A stretch of DNA of 64,000 nt. It comes from the human T2T-CHM13v2.0 reference genome, Homo sapiens. Below are positions 29,293 through 46,898 of the stretch, piece after piece (within the stretch, counting starts at the first letter, position 1; each line of letters opens with the position of its first letter). Both the position numbers and the translations under genes were made by a program. The stretch is from NCBI RefSeq assembly GCF_009914755.1, contig NC_060939.1, one strand, 5' to 3'. The notes beneath the pieces were generated by a model. It was not told the DNA's origin. It did not search any database and saw only the letters and a program-made list of their open reading frames with translations.

Positions 29293-29551
29293 TCCAGGCC
29301 AGAACAGGTTAAGTTGTGGTCACTTTATCTCTTGTTGTTGACGCAAAGTCCCGAGGCCATGGCCCAGGGTTTTCCTGCAGAAATGTGTTTACAAGCAGGT
29401 CAAGGACTTGTAGACAGATAACCATTAGCAAAACAACTTTTCTATTGACAACAGAGCAAAGAAAGGTGTGTTTGCAGATGAATTATCACTTGCTTCTTAA
29501 AGGAAAAAAAAAAAGAAAGTTCAATGAAATCACTAAATCCCAGCTTTCTTA

Positions 29552-29771
29552 CCCCCAAGACTGAAATTTCTCAAGAGTGTAAGGAGAGTTGCTTCTTGCT
29601 TTTCTCCCCCCAAGACTGAAATTTCTCAAGAGTGTAAGGAGAGTTGCTTCTTGCTTTTCTCCCCCCAAGACTGAAATTTCTCAAGAGTGTAAGGAGAGTT
29701 GCTTCTTGCTTTTCTCCCCCCAAGACTGAAATTTCTCAGGAGTGTAAGGAGAGTTGCTTCTTGCTTCTCTC
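29552..29771. repeat. Minisatellite, 4 x 55 bp
   Basis: Unit CCCCCAAGACTGAAATTTCTCAAGAGTGTAAGGAGAGTTGCTTCTTGCTTTTCTC; copies 1-3 identical, copy 4 has 2 substitutions. Confidence 0.98.
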
Positions 29772-31415
29772 ACAATTGCATTCACATCTTGCCAACTGCA
29801 AGTCAGTCTGTAATGACACATTTTAGCCTTCGCTGATATCTACAAATGATCCTTTTGGGTCTTCTAAAGACGAAGAAATGATTTTATACCAGAGTTAGAA
29901 AGAAAATTGGATAACTATTGAAATAGCATGAAAGCCTTTAAATCTCTCAGGCAAAGTTTGGGAGTGCCTTATTGCTGAGGAAAGTGAATTTTCAAAAATC
30001 AGCTGAAACTTCCTGGTTTGAACCTCTGTGCGATGACTTCTGAGCTGAAGGTATTTTTGGTGAAATCCTAAATTTGTAAGGACTAAAGAAAGAAGTAAGA
30101 AATAGACTCAATCCGCTGAGACAAGAGGGGGAAAAGCAAAACAAAACGAATCAACAAACTATAATAAATAAGTAAAAGACTTAAAATAAGTTTATCAGAA
30201 GCAACAGGAATAAGAAGGGCTTCACTAATGAACATGTTTCAAGCTTTGAAAACTGTAGCCTATTTCAGCTTGCCATGTGATGTAACTCTTGCATAGAAGC
30301 TGGGGGTAAAAAGCTTCTCATGGCATGTCTAGTCTTATGCTAAAGAAGGGCGCTCACATTTTCACTAAAGGAGAAAAATCTGAACTTGGGAATCTGCACA
30401 TGGATAAATATGAGCTGTCTCATTAGAAAGATACTTCTCAATTAGTTTTCTTTTCATCCCTCTTTCTTTCGGCTCTCAGCCTGCTTACGCTCACCCACAC
30501 AGACACACAGAGTCCTGCACTTGCGAAGGGTCAGAAAGGTTCCTGCGGATTTCTCTCCATAGAAGTCCTGACAATGTGGCATGTGCAGTCTCGACAATGA
30601 CATGCCACTCAAAATCCCTCCCTTCAGATTGTCCCTCCCTTTAAAGGAGACAGCTAACGTGAATGAAACACTTTTTTCCCCCTGGGGACGTCTGACTTGC
30701 TTTTATTAACCCAGATACAAAGTGCCACTCAGAGGCCTTGGACAGTAGAATTCTTTATTCTCTTAACTAGCAATTCATTTGACCCTCAAGAATAGTATGA
30801 AAGCTCCATGGTTTTCTATATTTCTTATTTATTTTATGTTCCCACTGCTCCATGAAGCATTCTTATAAAAATATTGCCGTGTACCATAAAGTCTTCATAT
30901 TAAAAGGACATTTTAAATGGTTTCATCTTAACATGATTCTGTCACTCAAATTGAAGAACTTTATGCTAGTTCTTTTCCAAGCTGTTAAAGATTAGCTTGA
31001 TGTAGATAAGGCTATTCCCCAAACTCATTATCTGTCTTCCAAATGCACCTTAAGGACTCCTTAATAAAGTCAAGGTTACATGAAGAGTATTTTACTGAAA
31101 ATCAGTGAATGACTATTAATAAATCTGCATTACAGATGAGTTATTTTGTCTCTGTCTCTCATCTTTACAATAGATGATCCTTCTTTTTTATTAGCTTTTT
31201 TTAACAATAAGGCTATTTCTTAATCTTACGTCATCAATGATTCCGTGATCATACTGGAGGGAAGTAGCTACAAAATATTTCTGCTGGTGTATAATTAAAT
31301 GTAGGCCATGCCTTCTGCTCTATGTATTACACAGATATCTTTGACCTCTATATCACCCCAAAATTAAAACTCTTCCATACCCCATCTCCTCTCTATTAAT
31401 ACTAGCATGTTAAAT

Positions 31416-31440
31416 ACACACACACACACACACACACACA
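31416..31440. repeat. (AC)n microsatellite
   Basis: About 12 uninterrupted units. Confidence 0.95.
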
Positions 31441-33088
31441 TGCAAACACACATACACATATCTCTTTCCAAAATGAGAACATGAATAGCTCCCATCTGAC
31501 CACGATGTTTTGAGTCCTGCTAAAACAAAATCCCAGCTCCTGTAATTAATATAGCAAATGCTTCACTGGCTCCTACAGGTCCAAAGGCACAACAGAATTG
31601 CAAACTTAGTAATTCCATTATGGTCCCTACCCCTAAGTAACTGGAGCTCCATCCCTGATGTTCCGCCCTGCACCACTATTGTTTATTCTTCCATTAAATT
31701 TTCATCTTCACTACCACACACAACAAATATCCCATGCTGCTTGCATAACAATCCCTTTTTTATTTTAAAATCAGGATTTCTAACTCCTGCACCTTCTCCT
31801 CCTTTTTACACCAAACTCAAGATCCCAGTATAATTTGGAATGTGGCTTTATTAATTTATAATAAGACAATAACAAAGGCAGCTCATAACGTAATATTTGT
31901 TCCTAGTGGAATTTTTACTAATTTGCTTTTATCACCCATAGCAAAGCTGTAAGCAAATCTTTTAATGTTTTCTGAGCAATAAAGAAATGTTTTCATCAGT
32001 TGCTCCTTTTAAACAAACCTGAGCCATATTCAAATCTTTTTGTTGGAAATTTTTACTGGAAATCTTCCAAGCTCTGGATTTCCAAGAGTGATTTTCTCAC
32101 CTTTCCAATGTAAGTCAGATTAAAATAAAGTGCATGTGAATCATCTATATTTATTGATATTATTGGCTCAAACCCAAATCACAAACTGCACACATATAAT
32201 CATAGTAATAGTGGTATAGGGAGGCCAACAAGATAATGGAATATTTAGAGGCTGCACGGTCTTGGCTTCCGGGAATTATATTAGTCACGTAATAATGCTG
32301 ATAAGATTGCACCTCCATGCTCTTAAATCTGAGTAAATGGCACGGTTTTTCCCTGGACCACACCTTCTCAATAGAGAGGCTCATCTACTGTTTAGCGCCT
32401 TCCTGGTTGCCTGAGTTCTACACTTTAATGTAGAGCCCAAGATCATCAACAGCTATTTCAATGGGAGGGGACAAATCTGGCTTCATGTTATAGGGAAAGG
32501 GACAAACTGAAAATTAATCTCTTAAAGTATCTTCTGTTCCATTCTTCCCCAAAGATTCCGGTATATTTTGGTTCTGTGATTGCATTGAAGGAGGCTATTC
32601 TTGCCCTGTGCTGTATCCAGTGTGACTCAGTGGAGACTAGAGACCAAAGAACCTAAGGCTCAGGTGACAGCAATCCAGTAGTGTCACTGCCTCCTGTCAA
32701 TGGCAGCATTTGCAGCAGTTTCCGAGGGTGTGGCTGAGCACGGATGCTCCTAATATTCACCACACAGCTCATTTCAATGACAGCGGGACTATCGGTTCTG
32801 ATGAAGAAATTAATATCTCCTGGAGAAAAAAAGGTTTAAAAGACAGAAGTTGCAGATGAACCTAAAACTGAAAGCCCTTAAAATATTTTTATGTCCTGTA
32901 AAAGAGAATCATAAAAGCAGCACATGACATAAAGAAAATATCAATGACATTTTATATATGTTAAATTAGTAATAATGGGCACTGCATATCTTAACTTCCA
33001 TTGGCCATCCTTCACTTGGTGTAAATTTTCAATACCTTCTTCTGGCTCCTGTGTCACTGAGAGACTTGGAAATTTGTTTTATCTTTTA

Positions 33089-33140
33089 TTAGGTTGATGC
33101 AAAAGTAATTGCAGCTTTGCCATTACTTTCAATACCAAAA
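33089..33140. mobile_element. MADE1 (Hsmar1-derived MITE) fragment with one terminal inverted repeat
   Basis: TTAGGTTGATGCAAAAGTAATTGCAGCTTTGCCATTACTTTCAAT matches the MADE1 left half. Confidence 0.85.
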
Positions 33141-33702
33141 TGTACTCTTAAAAAATTGACCATCCTACATACACTCAATGTCATGCTGATTTTATGACTC
33201 AAAATTATTGGCTTCCAACTTTTGAGTTACAGTGTGAATGCTGAGACCAGTCCTCAAGAATGTGCTTTTCCGCCAGGGTTCATGTCTGGCTCCTTGATCC
33301 ATTTTTGCACCATCAAATGAAGGGTAGAAACATATTGCGGTCAAGGAACTACACTTTGTGTTTAAACCTGAATTAAAAATCCAGATCACCATTTGCTGCC
33401 CATTTTTATGTTCTATAAAAGTGCATAATAAAAGTAGCCCTTAAGATAAAGAAAAAATGATATATTTTATATGACTAATCCTATGATTCCATTTTCTGAT
33501 CTGTAAAATTGGACAATATTACCAACTTCCAAAGTCCATTACGAGAATAAAATAAAACAAAATCAGCATCTAACAAATATCTCTCCTATGCCTTCTGTCA
33601 AAGCCAACAACTAATGACTCACCTTGCCCACACACAAACATATACAGACACAGCATATATGTAAAATAGATGTAGATGTATATACCAACTATTATACATA
33701 GT

Positions 33703-34076
33703 TGTATTAGCCCATTCTCACACTGCTATGAAGAAACACCCAAAACTGGGTAATTCATAAAGAAAAGAGGTTTAATTGACTCAGAGTTCAGCATGGCTTG
33801 GGAAGTCTTGGGAAACTTAGAATTATGGCAGAAGGCAAAGAAGAAGCAAGGCACCTTCTTCACAAGGCAGCAGGAAGAAGTGCTGAGCAAAGGGGAAAGG
33901 CCCCTTATAAAACCACCAAATCTTGTGAGAACCCACTCACTATCATGAGAACAGCATGGAGGTAACCGCCTCCATGACTCAATTACCTCCCACTAGGTCC
34001 CTCCCACGACATGTGGGGATTATGGGAACTACAATTCAAGATCAGATTTGGGTGGGGACAGAGCCAAAACACATCA
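33703..34076 (-). mobile_element. THE1C/THE1D solo LTR
   Basis: TGTATTAGCCCATTCTCACACTGCT...GGGGATTATGGGAACTACAATTCAAGAT...ACATCA; TSD ATAGT/ATTGT. Confidence 0.95.
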
Positions 34077-35246
34077 ATTGTGCACATGTACACTGTAGAA
34101 CTTATGTATCTATATTTACATTTACTTATATATGCATATGCATATATACACATAATAGTTATATGTGTTACATATAGTTAGGAGCAAATTCTTAATGTTG
34201 CCTGAACATATCCCTAATTAGACCTTCATTTACTGGATCTTACACAGGGCAGTTAGGGGATACTGTGGCTTCTAGCACCTCCCAGGTACCTGAAATCTGA
34301 AAAACCTGATTTGCTCCATCAACACAAACTGTAGACGGCACAGATCAAAGTCATGTGCCTAATAAGCCATTTGGTTTCTCCCTCTATGATTCAGACCAAA
34401 TCATTTCCCTCTGTAATTCTATATATAAAGTTAGCTTGGTATACAATATTATATACATTCATTTATATTATTGCTTTCTATATATTGGCATACATTAGGT
34501 GCATACCAATATAGAATTGGTGTCTCTACCTGATGAATTCTTATTTCTTCTTTCAGTGACTTTTTACCTCTGATAATTATTTTACTTTAAAGTAAATTTT
34601 ATCTGATATTAATAAAGTAAAATAGGTGTTTCTCCAAATGGATATCCAGTTGCTCTAGGAATATCTGTTTTTAAAAAATTCCCTTCCTTCACTGAAATTG
34701 GTCAAAAATCAATTTTCTCTCTATACGTGGATCTACTTATAGTACTTCATTCAGTTTCATTTATCTACATGTTCATCCTTAAGACAAAACTGCAATGCCT
34801 TGATTGCTGTAACTTTATGAATCTTTAAATCAGGTAGTATAAGAGCTCCAGCATTATCTTTTACAAAATGGTTTTGGTTACATAGATTCTTTGAATGTAC
34901 ATATGCATTGTGGAATCAGCTTATTAATTTCTACAGCCCACCTTCTAGGGTTTGGAATGGGATTGTGTTTAACCTATAGATTAATTTGAGGATGATTGAC
35001 ATCTTAACAATATTGGACTTTCCAGTTCATTAACATGATACATCCCCATTCATATTGAGTTCTTCTTTAATTTCTCTTACACATGATGTATAGTTTCAGC
35101 ATATAGATTTTACAGATGTTTTGTTAAATTTAGCCCCAAATATCTCATTGCTTTGGGGGCTAAAGAAAATGATACTGCTCTTAATATTTTATATTTTCCA
35201 AATGTGTTTTGCTGGAAAATAGAAATACAACTAAAATTGTATATTA

Positions 35247-35541
35247 GGCCAGGTATGGTGGCTCACTCCTATAATCCCAGCACTTTGGGAGGCCGAGGCA
35301 GGTGGATCACCTGAGGTCAGGAGTTCGAGACTAGTCAGGCCAACATGACGAAACCCTATCTTACTAAAAAATACAAAAATTAGCTGGGCGCAGTGGCAAG
35401 CACCTGTAATCCTACATACTTGGGAGGCTGAGGCAGGAGAATCTCTTGAACCCAGAAGGTGGAGGTTGCCGTGAGCTGAGATTGTTCCATTGCTCTCCTG
35501 CCTGGGAGACACAGCAAGACTCCATCTCAAAAAAAAAAAAA
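35247..35541 (+). mobile_element. AluS (Sq/Sx-like)
   Basis: Full dimer with A tail. Confidence 0.95.
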
Positions 35542-36144
35542 TGATATATTGGTCTTCTCTTCTCTGATATTGCTGAAATTACCTTTTTTCTAGACTTTTT
35601 GTAGATTTCATAAAAGTTTCTATGTATGTCATAATGTACACTGTAAATAACAAAGTTTCACTTCTTTTCTCCCAATATTTATGTCTTTTATTCCTTTTTC
35701 TTGCCCTATTGTATTGACTAGAACCTCCAGAAAAATTTCAAACAGAAACAGTAACAGAGAATATATTTGCCTTATTTCTGCTATTTGAATATTTCACCCA
35801 AAAGTGTGATGTTAACTGTAGGAATTCTGTAGATAACTTCTACATGAATAAGTCTTTTTTCTATGACAAATTTTTCAAGAGTTTCTCTTGAACAGGTATT
35901 CAATTTTTGCAAATGCATTTGTGAATCTTTTCATATCAGTGTATATTTATCTGTCCTTTAATCTGTTAATGCGTTGAATTGCACTGATTGATTTTTCAGT
36001 GCTAAACAACTAACTTTATATTTCTGGGATAAATCCCACTTGGACACCATATATTATGTTTTTTATATATGTCACGGTTTAATTTGCTAACATTTTGTTG
36101 AGGCTTTGTTAAGCCTATGTTCTTGAGAAAGAATGACCCTGCAA

Positions 36145-37016
<872 letters not shown>

Positions 37017-39549
37017 TAATCTTTAAATATATAAAGATTATATATTAATATATTTATATACATTTAATATTTATATTAATTTAATATTTATATTAAATGT
37101 ATATAAAATCTCAGCGAGGACCACAGTTTTATTACTATTGGTTCTCTTTCAATCTCTTTCTCTGTCTTTTTCTGAGTGTCTCTTTTTCTCTTCGTTCATT
37201 TTTGCTGTGGATTAATCAATATTATTAATCTTTTCAAAAATTATTTTTTGACTTGATTTTTATATTGTTTGCCTATTTTCTGTATCATTTATTTCTGCTG
37301 TTATTTTGATGATTTCTTTTGCTTTCCTTACTTTGGGTTTAATTTGCTTTTCCTTTCCAGTTTTTTAATGGAGGAATTTAAAATATTGATTTTATATCTT
37401 CCTTAATTTGTAATATAAGCGTTTAAAACGATAAATCTTCATCCAAGTATTACGCTTATACTCTCACTGCATCTAACAAGTTTTGATAGTGTGCTTTCAT
37501 TGCTTTTCAACCAAAAGTATTTTCTAATTTTTATTTGTGACTTATTTGTGGATTTATTGTTTATGTAGAGGTGTGTTAATACAATTCCAAATACTTAGGG
37601 ATGTTTAAATATGTCTTATCACTATTAATTTCTAATTAAATGCCATTGTGTTTAGATGGTATAAATGGAATGATTTCAAACTTTCAGTATTTGTTAAGAT
37701 ATGTTTCAATGCCCAGTCTACAGTCTATTTTAATGAATGTTCCACGTGTATTGATTAGTGGTAGCATTCACTAGGGGCCATCTAGATCATGTTGGTTGAT
37801 ACTGTTTCTCAAATCATCCATATTTTTACTGTTATTTTTTTGTCTGCCTGTTTTATCAAATATTTAGGGTTGATAAAAATCTCAAACTATGCTTTGCATT
37901 TGTTTATTTCTGCCTTTATTTTTGCCAAATTCCCCTTCATGTATATAGAAGTTTAAAGATAGACACACATTTAGTACCTTTATTGTTCTCTGTGAACTTG
38001 ATGATGCCTTCAACATTACAATTTTTTTTAACTTTTGGTAATTTTTTAATCAAAGTCTACTTTGTGTAATATTATAGCCACATTATGGTGTGCCATTTTT
38101 CACAGTTTTACATTCAAAATACTTGTTTGCTTATATTTTAAGTACATCTTATAAAAATACAGTTGGGTCTTCTATTAGTTTAAATCAATTTTTAAAAATT
38201 ATACCTCTTAATAAGTTGTCTAGTCAATTTCTAATGTAATTATCAATGATTCAGTTGAGCTCTTCCATCTTGAAATTTATGTTTATTCCATTTCTTTCCT
38301 GCCTTCTGTTGGGTAAGTTGTGTATATTTTTGTATTCTATGTGTGGTAACATTTAGCTACATTTTTGTGCAATTTTTGTTGATCACCTTAGTGATGACAT
38401 AAATTTTCTTTTAAGTAATCATGGTCTACATTCAAATAATTTTATATTATTTTTAAAACAATGTAAGAATCTTACAGCTATATAATTCAATTCATCCTCT
38501 CCCACTCTTTTTCTACTTTCTTATATTTTGTGGCTATAGACCCCACAATATATTATTATCATTTTTTGCTTTAAGCAGTCATTAGTTTTTAAAATATATA
38601 TGTATATAAAAAATGAAGGCTCTACAAAAATAATTCTTTTATGTTTACCAAGATACTTACCCTTTCTGCTATTCTTCATTCCTTCCTTCAGTGGATCCTG
38701 AGTTCCATCTGCTATCATTTTCTTTTGGCTAAAATAATTTATTTTTGAGTACATTATAGTGTTGAATTGTAAATGTTTCAATTGCTTGAGATTTAATTTC
38801 TACTAAAAAATACTAAAACTCTTCCTGTGGAAAACTTCTGCATTTGGAATGAAAAAGGACAGTGTGGGCTGCTGTTTTTTCCTTTACCTTCTCATACAAA
38901 AACTTGGAAAGAAATGCTCCATTTCCCCACCACACAGAACAATGAAAGTTAGTCAGTGATATTTCAGATACCAGGATAATTGCTCACCCTCTAGGCATGT
39001 AGGAATCCCTCTGGCATATGGGAGAGCCCCTCACCTCTGGGTGGCAAATACCTAAATGCCACAGGGGTCTAAGCTGGGCAGAAAAGACATTCAAATGTGC
39101 CAGGTTGTGTTGGGCAAACTCTTTGTCTGTGCCTAGCAAAGACATATTTGCATAAGAAGTTAGAGGCTTCTTAGGAAATAATTTACCTGGAAGGAAGAAG
39201 AAACTAAACACAAACATCACTAGCCAAAAGGGGAGCTGGCTCCCTCAGTGTTTCCTTTAGAGAAGGAAAATCTAAAGAAGTTCATAACACATTTAGAGAT
39301 AAGTGCTGACAAAAATATCACTGTGAATGTGATATCTGTAAGCAGGTCCTGATATGACAAAAAATATTTGATTTACAAAAAGATAAAGACGGAACTCTGA
39401 AGAAAAGACGGTTGGATTTGGCTGAATTGAAATGTGAACTTCTCTGTTCTAATTAAAACTTTGAAATTAACTTCAAGGTGAAATGAAACAAAAAAATTAC
39501 ATCCGAAAAGATCACAGAAAAGAATGCCTTTATTGAAAAATGTGTGAAA

Positions 39550-40150
39550 GCATGAAAAAGGGCCATTCACAAATGAAAAGAACATAGAAAAGAAACATAA
39601 AAGAGTGTTTTAAATGCCTGGTAATAAAAAATGGAAATTAATAACAATAGATACATTATTTCATTATTAATATTGGCAAAATGTTTTCATGATAATATCC
39701 AGTATCATGAAAGTCCATTCATGGATAAACTAAGGGACAAGTAAAACAGAATAATATTTCTGTGGAGCAAAATGGAGAAAGGTGTCACAGACCTTAAAGT
39801 GGTCCTATCTGTAGACCTTTTGATTGGACTTAGAGAAATATATATTAAAAACAAAAATTAAAAATATGCCCAAGATTTAAACTCAAAGTTATTAATTGTG
39901 GTTTTATTAATTAAGAAGAAAAATAGAGTTAAATGCAGTCTAATGATCTATAGAGTGGATGCCTTAATAAGCTATGGTTTCATTGATGAGATTCTATGGA
40001 GCCATTCATAATTATTAAAAGAAAACAGAACAGCATAAAAGAAAAATCCTATAGTAATTGTTAAAGAAAAGGCAAGTTATAAAATACAATGATTTCATTT
40101 TGTTTTTTTTTAAGTATAAATATATCAATGTAAAAAGGTATTTATATTTA
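39550..40150 (+). mobile_element. Ancient L1ME-type 3' region
   Basis: GGCCATTCACAAATG...ATAACAATAGATACATT...ATTGGCAAAAT...ATTCTATGGAGCCATT resemble the end of ORF2 and 3' UTR. Confidence 0.55.
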
Positions 40151-42390
40151 ATCCTTATCAATATGCTAGTTAAATTCCTGGTACTCTAATGAACGACAAA
40201 ACTATAATTATATCAGATGTTCATAGAAAATAAGGATTTTACTGGAAAATAGTAAAATGTACTACACTTGGAGCATAGAAAGTAATCTGTTGTGAAACGA
40301 AAGATACTACAGCATTAACAAATATCTACTTTGGAAGTTAACAATAGTGCTAATTTACTTTCTTCAATCTTCCAGGGAAATATTATTTTTAGCGCCCATT
40401 ATATGGTAAAGGCAATATGTTCCACTAATTTTATGTCATTTACAGGTTACTCCTGGTTGGATGTTTCAACCCCTGTTAGTGTTTTGTGTTTTCATTTTGT
40501 TTTAACAGATTTCAGCAACATAAATGCCCCTCCCCTGGTCTTTGTACAAAGGCAAAATTTTGCATATCTGTTCTTTCACTTTTATATCAAAGGAGTGTAA
40601 TTTAAAGAAATCTTGTCATTCTGCACTTGTTTAAGGATATTGAACTGAATCCTGTATATGTAAATAGGTTGTGGAATTTTAATTTTTGGCATAATGATGC
40701 AAAACAGTGTTATCTCAATACTTCAGTTGGCCAAGCTGGGGTTGGCAAGGGATTATTACACCGCAAAATATAAATCATGATTATCTGGGCAGACTTACAA
40801 ATGATTTTTTTCCTCCCACTGTAATTTTATGTAATTTTCCAAATTTCTACAATGTCATCAGAAGAAGAAATAATGAATGTTATATAGGAACATATACACA
40901 GACCTGTAGTTATTGGGGGGTTCAATCTATTTTAATAGAAATCATTTCGTGGATGTTCTAGCTGGCAGTAATTGGGTGTTTCCTGCACGAACCAGAAGAC
41001 ACAGCAGCTTATAATGTCTTTTGGGGGCAATAGAAAGAGATAAATTTGTGTCTTCTATCCCTGAAAATATCATATTTGTCTGGTTTCAAGAAGAAAAGTG
41101 TAATGTAATAATTTGAGAAGTCAATAGCAATAGCCCACATAGGTATGCCCAATTTCATGGTGTACTTAAAGCTTGGAGAAATTATTTAACTTGATGTTGG
41201 CATAAATGAAGTTTGATGTATGAGTATGCCAATTCCCATTGAGATTACCATTTTAAGAAATAGGAATAAAAACCCAAAAGGGGGAAGAAAAAAAGAAAAA
41301 GAAAACATCCCTTCCTTTAAAGCAAAATTGGATTTTCAGCATTTTGCAGTTTTGAATTTCACATGAAGATGACCTTAAAAACAGTGACCATTAAAACAGT
41401 TGTTAGAAAAATGTATTATTTACACACCATGCACTTTTGAAATAGAGGTTACAGGAAGACATAATCGTACTATACAATGTAACCTACTTTGAAAGGTGTA
41501 GGCAGCATAGCAAAAAACGTCCTTACATCACACTTGTCAAGAAACAGAAGTTTTATTACCAAGGAATTTCACTTTTTGCTGCTTATTCTTAACACTAGCC
41601 CAGGGACTGAGAGGATTTGTTGATCTAATATAGATAGCGATGTCTTGGGTTTGTTCAGATTTATATGGACAGCATCTGGGGATCAGGAATTACATTTAAA
41701 ATGTAATAAAATGTTCCTGTGCACTTTAACTTACAAATACTATACTTAAAAAAGTAAACATCAAATAATCTCAGGTATCTTTCAAGAAAATGTTGACATA
41801 GCTGAAGGAGCTCACACAGATATCTTTGAATCATTTCTAAGTAAACTTAATAAACTCATTTTCGTATTCTGTCGCTGTACAATAAACCATCATACCTGGG
41901 AGAAGAAGAGATACCAAGGCATAAGCTCTCATTTGCTCCAAAATGCATTTTTTTTCTAGTTTAAAAAATGTTTTTTCAAACACTATCAGTAAAGTCCATT
42001 CAAACTAAAAGTAAGCATTTATAAGGGATGATCTGTTACCAAGAGACCCTAAAAATATCAGTAATCACACGTAAAAGAGCCACCAACATTATTCTCATAT
42101 TATTTTCCAAAAGTGTTCATATCATGGTCAAAGTTACCATTAGACTCTGATACTACAGAACAAAGGGACTTTCAGGATTTAAAATTGTATTTAAACCTTG
42201 GGACTAAAAATCCTCCTTCCAAAATGTCTTTGAAGCCAAAGCAGGAAATTGATTTCATTGCAATTTAAAAATAACTGAAATACATACATAAATAAAAACT
42301 TCATTTTTCAAGTCACAAGGTTGATTTTTTTCTTTTATAGCTGAGTGAGTGTTAAGAAGAATCTCTTTCTCCCATTCAAATCTCAATGCA

Positions 42391-42761
<371 letters not shown>

Positions 42762-43213
42762 TCAATGCAGTCAATATTTCTGATGCGTTTAGATTTATGA
42801 CCAGACCACTGAGCATGCCACACTCTAGGTAGGAAAGTGGTAATGTGGGCTGGGAAGAAGGCTGCCCTATTTTGCACATTGGCAGAACCAAAAATAGGTG
42901 TCTGTAATGGAACCACCAAATTCAAACTTTGACAAACCACATTTGGAGAGATCATATTTTCAGTCAGGGTTTTTCACCTGAAGAACTTCACAGCAAAGTG
43001 AACAAGGACAAATAAACATCTTTTGTAATATTTTGAGGATCTTAATATTATTTTTCTTTTTAAATCACATTGGTAGAAGATTGTTAACTTCCAACAAACT
43101 GTTAGTGGTGTCGAAAGTTACTTTCTGACACCAAGCTACGAACTACCATTATCCTGTTCCAGAGTATTCTACTAATTTATTGCTGATTCTACTGGATTTA
43201 AAGGAAACAAATC

Positions 43214-44930
<1,717 letters not shown>

Positions 44931-46898
44931 TTAAAGAACTATATTACATTTTCTATACTTATATATCATATACATTTATATTACAAGATTATTGGTTTAT
45001 ATGGGTTTTATATTAGGCTCTTAGATATAAAAAGGAGTTTGACAGAGCTTATGTAGCCTTAGTTTTATTTTCTTTTAGAGAGAGAAAAAAAATTGTGGGT
45101 TTTGGGTATTAGGTTTTATTTTTAATAATGCGATTTTAAAGTTGATATCTTTCTGAAAAGATATTAAATGGTTTGAATTTGTATATAGATGTGTGTGTGA
45201 GAGAGAATGAAAAATGAGAACCAGATAAAGAAAGGACATAAAGTTCTCTTAGATTTTTTTCAATACAAAAGCAGTTTTCTGAATATTCTACAAAATTGTT
45301 TTTAATTTTACCACATGGAACTGGGAAGCCATATGCATGGTATATGGCTGAACTTTGTGTGGTTTGGAACACACAGACATTAAAGTAGCAGATTTTTAAA
45401 GCAGGGCTCACCATCCCTGAGTTGAGGGCATTTCTTCCAACATTTTGAACCAAACATGGATAGTTTGGCAGCTAAGATATTTCCCATTAGAACTCAATGA
45501 AATGAAATAGCTGCTATCTCTCCATAGCAAGCTGCAGGTTTCCATCTGTTGTGAGTACTCAGATGACTTCAAAGGAGCATTCTTATTTTTGAGCCCCTTT
45601 TGAAAACTTAAAAGGACATAAATAACTTCAATATGGTTAAATACTTATTTGGAAAACATGTCTTCCAAAGGTTTGTTAGCAACTTGCCACTCTATAAGTG
45701 GAAGAAAACAACCATGCCAATGTTATTTTGCATGGGACACCAATTTCTGCTAGGTGCAAATGAGTGTTGATGCCTTTCATTTATGCATCAAATTTTTATT
45801 GAAATCCTACTATGTGCCAGGCACAGTACCGAGCTCTTTTCAATTGCTCTGCCAGCAGAAATATGCAGCGTCCACTTGAAATTTACATCTATTCAGATAA
45901 CAATGAAACACGAATTGATGATAATCATCCGGTGGATATAAAGATACATACTTGACCAAAAATGAATTCACTAACTGGAAATAAAAGAAACTGCTATTTA
46001 ATTCAAAGAATCTTGGGAATTCCCATGTCCCTTGAAGCAAGCCTACCCTCCTAAGACAAAGCCGGCTGTAGGAGCTCTACCTGTCTTTGCTGCTATTACT
46101 CCAGTGTGAACAGCATTTTTGCCACTGTTGCAATCAACGTTGAGGGAATATGAAAGATGTCAGTCATGTTATCGTGTTCAAATCAGGCCACAATTACAAT
46201 ATACTATTTGTCGCCCGACACCAGTAATTTGCTCAACTAACTTAACTTTTACCTTAAGTAAGATTTTAAAACTTTGCATAACTATTTTTTCCAAAAATGT
46301 GGCCATCAATTTTTGCGTGAAAAATCAGAGTAAAACATATAATTATATTTGAGATTAGTATTTTTATATTCTGAGTACAATTGTTCATGGACATCTTTTG
46401 GGAGGAGATAAATAACATTTTTCAGATTATAAGTAAACATATGTCCCCAAAATAATTGGTAAATGAATATTTATTACTATGGACATTGTTTTGTTAAAGA
46501 AATGTTCAGAAACTTTTGATAGATTCCTCACCTGTCCTTAGCTTTTTCTAATCCAACTAACTGTAAACTAGCAAGATTTCACAATCTGAAAAAAATCTTT
46601 CTCTCAGACCCGTAGGTAAACTGCAGTAGCACTAATAGAATCAATGGACTTTAGATTTTACAATTATACAAACTCAATCCTCAAGTGATTCCAGAGTCAA
46701 GGCTATTATTTTTAAATTGCATGAGTGTTTACATTTATATATGATTAAATCCACTATTGTTTATCAATACTCAATTCTCCTTCAGTGCAGACTCACAAGA
46801 GGATTGCAGATCCCTGATCAGTAGAAGTGAGGCAAGGTTCTGAGATCACTCCTGGACAATGAAATAAAAATGAAAGTAATGTGCCTTGCTTTAGGAGG

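Noticed and set aside
29552-29771. CRISPR-like array
   Set aside because: Head-to-tail copies with no unique spacers, in primate DNA.
32650-32835. Minus-strand exon after a TTTTTTCTCCAG acceptor-like site
   Set aside because: No convincing donor or recognisable peptide; cannot be supported without transcript data.
33089-33140. miR-548-type hairpin from MADE1
   Set aside because: Only one terminal inverted repeat survives, so the long hairpin cannot form.
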